Shown one piece after another: positions 58,525 to 64,000 of a stretch of 64,000 nucleotides of DNA. Source of the stretch: Ruminococcus sp. (GTDB lineage: Bacteria > Bacillota > Clostridia > Oscillospirales > Ruminococcaceae); assembly GCA_015066745.1 (NCBI GenBank), contig SVNW01000009.1, positions 844-64,843 on the forward strand, written 5' to 3'. The notes under the pieces were generated by a model, which was not told the DNA's origin, made no database searches, and saw only the letters and a program-made list of their open reading frames with translations. The stretch's first letter is position 1. Each line of letters opens with the position of its first letter. The position numbers and the translations under genes are program-made.

Positions 58525-58553
58525 TTGACTTTGTTTTGATTACATGGTATACT
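58525..58553 (+). promoter_or_regulatory. Near-consensus sigma-A promoter with an extended -10
   Basis: TTGACT-N17 (ending TGG)-TATACT. Predicted TSS around 58560. Confidence 0.65.
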
Positions 58554-58571
58554 AACATCAATGAAGGAAAT

Positions 58572-58661
58572 GAAACGTTTGAATAACGGCAAAGCTGCTG
58601 AAAGGTAGTGACGCAAAACTAAAGGGACTAAACTGAACGCAGTCTTAATAATGAACGTTTT
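58572..58661 (+). promoter_or_regulatory. c-di-GMP-I (GEMM-I) riboswitch aptamer
   Basis: GAAACGUU...GGCAAA-GCUGCU-GAAA-GGUAGU-GACGCAAAACUAAAGGGACUAAACUGAACGCAGUCUU...AACGUUU. This shows the diagnostic GGCAAA, a GAAA tetraloop hairpin, GACGCAAA, a P2 with a CUAAAC receptor-like bulge as in Vc2, and a closing P1 (AAACGUU/AACGUUU). Confidence 0.75.
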
Positions 58662-58985
58662 TCTAAAGTTCAGCAAATGTCAGCCAGTTGCCTGCTTTCG
58701 TGTCCGTACTGTTGAAGAACGGGTGTACAACCGTTCGGTAGATACAGATACAGGTTTAAAACAGTTTCTCTTCACAGCAAAAATGTTTTAATGAGGTTAT
58801 GAGCTCAGACTTTACATGAAAGTTTACGGTTTGTTTCCCCGAACGTTATGTCGTGGATGTTTCGAATCCTTTTTAAAATAATTTTCATTTGTCGCTAGTT
58901 TGACTATGACAGGATGGAGAGAATCCGGTTTATCTTCACAAATTTTTATTTACCGAAGAATAAGTCGGGTTCGGCTAAGGACCAT
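58662..58985 (+). ncRNA. ORF-less structured RNA body downstream of the riboswitch; possible group I intron-like core (unverified)
   Basis: No ORF of 60 aa or more on either strand, and no RBS-preceded small ORF. Many local hairpins. Strings resemble group I R/S elements: CUCAGACUUUACA at 58804..58816 and GAAGAAUAAGUCGG at 58955..58968. Confidence 0.35.
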
Positions 58986-59151
58986 CAAAAAAATCAATTC
59001 AAATTCCATTTAAAATCAAAAATTTTCCTTTCAAATTGACACAAACTTAATATTAATCAATTCCATTACAAACTTTTAAAAAATACTTTAATCTAAAAAT
59101 TCTACTTTCATTTTTAATTTTCCTAATATTATTTACCTGAAAAAAATAATG

Positions 59152-59195
59152 CAGACGGCTACGGATATTCCGTATGTCGTCTGTATTATTTTTAT
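59152..59195 (+). terminator. Intrinsic terminator ending the riboswitch-led transcript
   Basis: CAGACGGCTACGG-atatt-CCGTATGTCGTCTG followed by TATTATTTTTATT. Confidence 0.6.
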
Positions 59196-59223
59196 TGACT
59201 TTTACGCTGTTATATGATAAAAT
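59195..59223 (+). promoter_or_regulatory. Near-consensus sigma-A promoter for manA and the ROK kinase gene
   Basis: TTGACT-N17 (ending TGA)-TAAAAT, 30 nt upstream of the manA TTG start. Confidence 0.6.
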
Positions 59224-59253
59224 TATAGCAGATTTATGTAAAGGAGCGATTGC

Positions 59254-60216
59254 TTGAATATTCCATTATTGCTTACGCCCGCTTTTAAGGACTATATATG
59301 GGGCGGTACAAAGCTTCGTGACATTTTCAATAAAAAATGTAACTACGAAAAGATAGCAGAAAGCTGGGAGCTATCCTGTCACAAAGATGGAAACTCCATA
59401 ATTTCAAACGGCGAAGATGCAGGAAAAACACTTTCACAGTATATTGAAAAGTACGGAAAATCAGTACTTGGTACCAACTGCGAACGATTTGAAAACTTTC
59501 CTGTCCTCATAAAACTAATCGACGCAAGAGATAATCTTTCTGTACAGGTTCACCCCGATAACGAATATGCTCTTCGTGTTGAAGGTGAATACGGTAAAAC
59601 TGAAATGTGGTATATTGTTGATTGTGAAGAAGATGCTTCACTTTTGTATGGTTTTAAAAAAGAAATCTCAAAAGAAGAATTTTCTCAGCGTATAAAAAAC
59701 AACACTTTACTTGAAGTTACAAACAGCGTAAAAGTTAAAAAAGGTGATGTATTTTTTATAGAATCAGGAACGCTTCATGCGATAGGAAAAGGTATCCTGA
59801 TTGCAGAAATACAGCAAAACTCAAACACAACTTATCGTATATATGACTATAACAGAAAAGACAAGGACGGAAAGAGCCGTGAACTTCACATTGACAAAGC
59901 CTGCGAAGTAACAACTCTCTCTCCTGCTGCACCACCTGTAAATAACGAATTTACTGAATATAAAGGATATCGCACAAAACAACTTTCATCATGCGAATAC
60001 TTTACAACAGATATTGTTGAAACTGAAAGCTATGCATCGTTTTGTGTTTTGGAAAGTTCTTTTGAACATATACTGATACTTGACGGTAACTGCGTACTCG
60101 GAAGTGACCAGTACAAAGATATGCGTCTTGAAAAAGGCGACAGTGTATTTTTACCTGCAGGATACGGTGATTTTTATATCGATGGAAAATGCACATTTAT
60201 AAAAACAAAAATCTGA
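59254..60216 (+). CDS. manA: Mannose-6-phosphate isomerase, class I
   Basis: 320 aa. TTG start with an AAAGGAG RBS. LSVQVHPD, GKTEMWYIV and GTLHAIGKG...YRIYDYNR motifs. Confidence 0.85.
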   Translation: MNIPLLLTPAFKDYIWGGTKLRDIFNKKCNYEKIAESWELSCHKDGNSIISNGEDAGKTLSQYIEKYGKSVLGTNCERFENFPVLIKLIDARDNLSVQVHPDNEYALRVEGEYGKTEMWYIVDCEEDASLLYGFKKEISKEEFSQRIKNNTLLEVTNSVKVKKGDVFFIESGTLHAIGKGILIAEIQQNSNTTYRIYDYNRKDKDGKSRELHIDKACEVTTLSPAAPPVNNEFTEYKGYRTKQLSSCEYFTTDIVETESYASFCVLESSFEHILILDGNCVLGSDQYKDMRLEKGDSVFLPAGYGDFYIDGKCTFIKTKI

Positions 60217-60256
60217 TTTTTTACAAATAAAAAATTTTTTTGGAGGTATTTTTATT

Positions 60257-61219
60257 ATGAAATATTATGTTGGAATTGACCTTGGCGGTACAAACATCTC
60301 AGCGGGTGTAGTAAACGAAAACTACGAAATAATAGCAAAGGCTTCTACAAAAACTAACTGTCCGAGACCTGCAAGTGAAATAGCAGAAGATATGGCAAAG
60401 ACAGCTATAGAAGCAGTTAAAAAAGCTGAACTCTCTATGAATGACATTGAATGGATCGGCATAGGTACTCCGGGTATCGCTGATAATGCAAACGGTAAGA
60501 TCGTTTATTCAAACAATCTTGGTTTTAACGATGTTCCTGTTGCAGACTACATTCACAAGCTTATTGACAAACCTGTATTTATCGAAAACGATGCAAATGC
60601 AGCTGCATACGGTGAATTTGTAGCCGGTGCTGCAAAGGGTGCTGTAAACGCTGTATGTATCACACTTGGAACAGGTGTAGGCGGTGGAATTATAATCGAC
60701 GGAAAAATATACTCAGGTTCAAACATGGCAGGTGCAGAACTCGGCCACACAATAATCGAGATGGACGGTCCACAGTGTACATGCGGACGTAAAGGCTGTT
60801 TTGAAGTTTATTCATCAGCTACAGGTCTTATCCGTATGACAAAGGAAGCAATGGAAACTGATAAAAACAGCATCATGTGGAAAATATCTGCTGAAAGAAA
60901 TAATAAGATAACTGCAAGAACATCATTTGACGCTATGCGTTCAGGCGATAAGACAGCTACAGAAGTAGTAAACAAATATATCAAATATCTCGCAGCAGGT
61001 ATCACAAACATAATAAACATATTCCAGCCTGATGTTCTCTGTATCGGTGGCGGTGTATGCAACGAAGGCGATCCGCTTCTTCTCCCTGTAAAAGACCTTG
61101 TAAAGAAAGAAGTTTACACAAGAACACTTGATAAAAATACTGAAATAGTGATCGCAAAACTCGGAAATGATGCCGGAATAATCGGTGCTGCATTCCTTGG
61201 AAACGCTTTGAGCAAATAA
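60257..61219 (+). CDS. glcK: ROK family glucokinase
   Basis: 320 aa. GIDLGGTN, ENDANAAAYGE and the ROK zinc motif CTCGRKGCFE. Confidence 0.85.
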   Translation: MKYYVGIDLGGTNISAGVVNENYEIIAKASTKTNCPRPASEIAEDMAKTAIEAVKKAELSMNDIEWIGIGTPGIADNANGKIVYSNNLGFNDVPVADYIHKLIDKPVFIENDANAAAYGEFVAGAAKGAVNAVCITLGTGVGGGIIIDGKIYSGSNMAGAELGHTIIEMDGPQCTCGRKGCFEVYSSATGLIRMTKEAMETDKNSIMWKISAERNNKITARTSFDAMRSGDKTATEVVNKYIKYLAAGITNIINIFQPDVLCIGGGVCNEGDPLLLPVKDLVKKEVYTRTLDKNTEIVIAKLGNDAGIIGAAFLGNALSK

Positions 61220-61244
61220 TAATAAACTAAAAATAACTCAAAAA

Positions 61245-61316
61245 AATATCCTGCCTGATTTAAAATAAGGCAGGATATTTTTTCAGGCTACTTTTTTTAA
61301 AGTAGCCTGATTTTTT
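61245..61316. terminator. Two tandem hairpin terminators between convergent genes
   Basis: AATATCCTGCC...GGCAGGATATT followed by T-run, then CAGGCTACT...AGTAGCCTG followed by T-run. Confidence 0.7.
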
Positions 61317-61350
61317 ATTTTAAATGAAAAAATTTTAAGAAAACTCGTTA

Positions 61351-63582
61351 TTATTTTCCTCTGCGCTGACTTCTCATTTCAGCAGGAGTAAATCCTCTGT
61401 CTTTAAGATCTTTATAGAATTTTGCATCTATCTTTGCAAGTTTCTTTGCTTCTCTTGCTGACAAAACTCTCTTTGAAGATGTACTTGTAAGATCGTTTAC
61501 CGGAGGTTTACTGTAAAGTGCCTTACTTGAAGAAGGAACATAAGCAATAAAGTCCGGAATGATTTCTTCCTTCTCAGCCTTTGCTACTTCTTCAGGTGTC
61601 TTTATTCCTTCAGCGCCAAGCTGTCTTAATGCTTCTTCTATTGAGTCAATAGTTCCATGCTGTGCAGAATTAAATATAGATACAGGTTTTACGCTGTTAT
61701 TTGAAGGTGCTGTAGCAAATGAATTTTGCTGTTGTACAGGATTTACAAATGACTGAGGCTGAACCTGCGGTTTTACTGTATTGATAAATCCATTCTGCAT
61801 TGGCTGTGCTGACTGTGGTGTTACAGTGCCATATCCATTTTGCACCGGCTGTACAGGTGGTGTTACTGTACCATATCCGTTCTGCACCGGCTGTACAGGT
61901 GGTGTTACTGTACCATATCCGTTCTGCATCGGCTGTACAGGTGGTGTTACTGTACCATATCCGTTCTGCATCGGCTGTACTGGTGGTGTGATTGTATCAA
62001 ATCCACTCTGCATCGGCTGTACAGGTGATGTGATTGTATCAAATCCATTCTGCATCGGCTGTACTGGTGGTGTGATTGTATCAAATCCGTTCTGCACTGG
62101 CTGTACAGGTGGTGTGATTGTATCAAATCCACTCTGCATCGACTGTACAGGTGGTGTGATTGTATCAAATCCACTCTGCATCGGCTGTACTGGTGGTGTG
62201 ATTGTATCAAATCCACTCTGCATTGACTGTACAGGTGGCGGTGTAATTGTATCAAATCCACTGCCTATATTCTGTGCAGATGGTGGTGTAACTGTCTGGA
62301 AGCCATTTACTGTAGGTTCAAGCACACTTACAGATTCAAAAGAACTTACTGACGGAGTTACATCATCTGAAACAAGCTCATCAAATACAGATGGTGTAGA
62401 TGCATAACTGCCTATTGTATCTATAGAAGGTGTACTTGGTGTCTCAGGTATACTGAGTGTACCAAATTCATTTGAAAATCCTTCGTTGTTTATATCACTT
62501 ATAGACTTTGAACCTGATGTTGACACATCAACAAGCGGTATCTGATTTGAATAGAAAGATGAAGCATCTCCCATAAAAGCATTTGCCTGCTGTTGTACTT
62601 CTTCTTTCTTCTCTTCGATATCACTTATACTGTTATTGAACTGTGCAAGAATATCATTTGCAGCAGATAAGATATCTCCGGCTGTAGCTGTATTCTGTAC
62701 GTTGTTTGTCTGTTCCACAACAGGAGCAACGTCTTCTTTCTTCACCATAAACTGTGAAAGGAAATCATCATCTGATGACTTAGTAGCCACTGTACCGGCC
62801 TTACTTTCAGTTGGTTCCTGATTCATGTAATTCTGAGGCTGATACTGAGTATACTGTGGTACAACCTCCTGTACAGTTTCAGTTACAGGTGACTGATAAA
62901 CAGGTGCAGATTCCTGAACATTTTCTGCAGGTGACTGCGGTGTTGAACCATTGATACCATTTATATAACTTTCGTATGACGGAGCATATGAAAGTTTGAT
63001 ATCCGGATTTATCTGTTCCTGTGGGAATGTAAATGCCGACTTTACTACCGGCTGTACCGGTGGTGGTGTTATAGTAGCAGCTGGCTGTACCGGTTGCTGT
63101 GGCTGTGCCGGTTGCTGATATACCGACTGCTGTGGTGCCTGATATGACGGCTGTGTTGTCTGTTCCTGGGGACTCTGATAATTCTGGTAGTTCTGATAGC
63201 TCTGATAATTATTATTAATCGGTGCATTAGCTTCACCATTGTTCTTTGCTTCATAAGAAGCACGCTTTGAAGAAGCCTCTGATTCGCGATTTAAAACATA
63301 TTCTTCATATGTAGATTCTGAAACTATTCCCTGTTTCTTGGCACGTAAGAAGCGTTTCTTTTCTTCTTTTGCCATTCTTGCATCTTCACGATTACTTTCT
63401 CTTATCAACTTTGTTGCAAATACTTCCTTGCAACGATCACAGGTCAGATCAACTATGTCCTTCATTTCACCTTCTCTCGTGCAGTTCATGCCTTGCAGTC
63501 TAATTCTGCATCCAGTCGTTCTTTCATTGTCTGTGCCATGCACTACATTGTCTTTGTTTGAGCGAATTAATGTTATCGGCAT
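61351..63582 (-). CDS. Repeat-rich protein of unknown function (N-terminal Cys-containing region, Q/P/Y-rich linker, 14-aa tandem repeats, basic C-terminus)
   Basis: 743 aa with no signal peptide or TM. N-terminus has C...C...CDRC spacing. About 13 copies of (Q/N)(S/N)G(F/Y)(D/G)T(I/V)TPPVQP(M/V). Confidence 0.55.
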   Translation of the reverse strand: MPITLIRSNKDNVVHGTDNERTTGCRIRLQGMNCTREGEMKDIVDLTCDRCKEVFATKLIRESNREDARMAKEEKKRFLRAKKQGIVSESTYEEYVLNRESEASSKRASYEAKNNGEANAPINNNYQSYQNYQNYQSPQEQTTQPSYQAPQQSVYQQPAQPQQPVQPAATITPPPVQPVVKSAFTFPQEQINPDIKLSYAPSYESYINGINGSTPQSPAENVQESAPVYQSPVTETVQEVVPQYTQYQPQNYMNQEPTESKAGTVATKSSDDDFLSQFMVKKEDVAPVVEQTNNVQNTATAGDILSAANDILAQFNNSISDIEEKKEEVQQQANAFMGDASSFYSNQIPLVDVSTSGSKSISDINNEGFSNEFGTLSIPETPSTPSIDTIGSYASTPSVFDELVSDDVTPSVSSFESVSVLEPTVNGFQTVTPPSAQNIGSGFDTITPPPVQSMQSGFDTITPPVQPMQSGFDTITPPVQSMQSGFDTITPPVQPVQNGFDTITPPVQPMQNGFDTITSPVQPMQSGFDTITPPVQPMQNGYGTVTPPVQPMQNGYGTVTPPVQPVQNGYGTVTPPVQPVQNGYGTVTPQSAQPMQNGFINTVKPQVQPQSFVNPVQQQNSFATAPSNNSVKPVSIFNSAQHGTIDSIEEALRQLGAEGIKTPEEVAKAEKEEIIPDFIAYVPSSSKALYSKPPVNDLTSTSSKRVLSAREAKKLAKIDAKFYKDLKDRGFTPAEMRSQRRGK
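61787..62306. repeat. In-frame 42-bp tandem repeat, about 12-13 copies in two subfamilies
   Basis: Period-42 units visible directly. The GFDTITPPVQ(P/S)MQS subfamily has about 7 copies, the GYGTVTPPVQP(M/V)QN subfamily about 4, plus degenerate end copies. Confidence 0.9.
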
Positions 63583-63875
63583 AATTTACCTCCTATTTTA
63601 TTTCATTCATTATATATATTATAAAACAAACTCAAGAAAATTGCAACTGATTTTATAAAAATTGCGAGAATTGTCTTTAATTTTTTACTTATCCGACAAC
63701 TTTGAATTATTAAAGTCCATGTTTCAAATAAAAAATCAACAAAAATAATTCTAGTCAAGAAAAAAATTTGGATAATATTTTAGTTAAATTGTATGCAGTA
63801 TAAGGACAATACTTGTTTTTATGGACTTTTCATGGTATAATGACTATAGAACAAAATAAGAAAGACGGTGATTGA

Positions 63876-64000
63876 TTGACTATCTTTGACAACAATATTG
63901 ATCAGAAGATACTTCGTAATATTGAAAAATTTCGTCCCATAGATGATGCATTTATGAGAGAACTTTTTCGCAATGACATTCCTCTCGTTCAAAGAATCCT
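63876..64000 (+). CDS. Partial ORF, possibly the N-terminus of a second Rpn / PD-(D/E)XK nuclease-family protein
   Basis: TTG start after an in-frame TGA. Reads (M)TIFDNNIDQKILRNIEKFRPIDDAFMRELFRNDIPLVQRI. The IDDxFMRxxF(R/K)xN...PL pattern is recalled from this family. Runs off the window. Confidence 0.3.
   Translation, partial: MTIFDNNIDQKILRNIEKFRPIDDAFMRELFRNDIPLVQRI

Noticed and set aside
58491-58676. 61-aa minus-strand ORF, and the 15-aa plus-strand mini-ORF MKEMKRLNNGKAAER (58561..58608).
   Set aside because: The minus-strand ORF runs antisense through the terminator, promoter and riboswitch and has no RBS. The mini-ORF lies inside the aptamer helices and also lacks an RBS.
58985-59150. 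AT-rich 165-nt stretch between the structured RNA and the terminator, containing TTGACA at 59034..59039, considered as a separate promoter or small gene.
   Set aside because: No acceptable -10 at proper spacing, and no ORF with an RBS. I treat it as the 3' tail of the riboswitch-led transcript pending transcript mapping.
61781-62407. 208-aa Cys-rich repeat ORF (CTGCTGGVTVPYPF...) that looks RiPP-like, plus several other repeat ORFs in the region.
   Set aside because: They are antisense or alternative frames of the 42-bp repeat array in the 743-aa gene. They have no RBS or independent start context, and the periodicity is inherited from the sense frame.

Overview
The window is low-GC Firmicutes chromosome. 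It is most likely a cellulosome-producing Ruminococcus/Oscillospiraceae relative, because three proteins carry dockerin repeats. About 55 genes are supported, mostly on the minus strand. There are no rRNA or tRNA genes, no CRISPR array and no recognisable integrase or transposase, apart from Rpn-type nuclease genes.

Housekeeping content: folD (partial), lgt, an M16 peptidase pair, nrdDG, yajC, nfnAB, metK behind a SAM-I riboswitch, cdd, asnB, pyrB, manA, a ROK glucokinase and a GH36 alpha-galactosidase. Two GGDEF/EAL c-di-GMP turnover proteins and the SCIFF RiPP pair scfA/scfB are also present.

Most interesting, in my order:
1. 58.5-59.2 kb is a self-contained, ORF-less transcription unit with a near-consensus promoter and an intrinsic terminator. 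Its 5' end reads as a c-di-GMP-I (GEMM-I) riboswitch. Its body contains strings in the order and register of a group I intron core (P3, P7 with a bulged A, J8/7). This may be a second-messenger-gated ribozyme or regulatory RNA.
2. A visibly AT-rich 6.1-kb cassette at 18.3-24.4 kb is flanked by 77-bp direct repeats that duplicate the 3' end of a membrane-protein gene. As I recall the synteny, it splits a conserved yajC / TIGR04086 / scfA / scfB block. It carries an ABC ATPase, a large FtsX/DUF1430-like membrane protein, a 932-aa lipoprotein and a 183-aa anchored protein.
3. A 3.6-kb cassette at 42.5-46.2 kb is flanked by 45-bp duplicated terminator hairpins. It encodes a secreted 131-aa protein, two FtsX permeases and an ABC ATPase. 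A T19 tract sits in its promoter spacer, so it is a candidate phase-variable bacteriocin/immunity module.
4. Several tandem-repeat arrays: 76-bp x4.4 upstream of folD, 108-bp x2.6, and in-frame 48-bp and 42-bp VNTRs.

All homology calls are by eye, from motifs in the supplied translations. No searches or folding programs were run.
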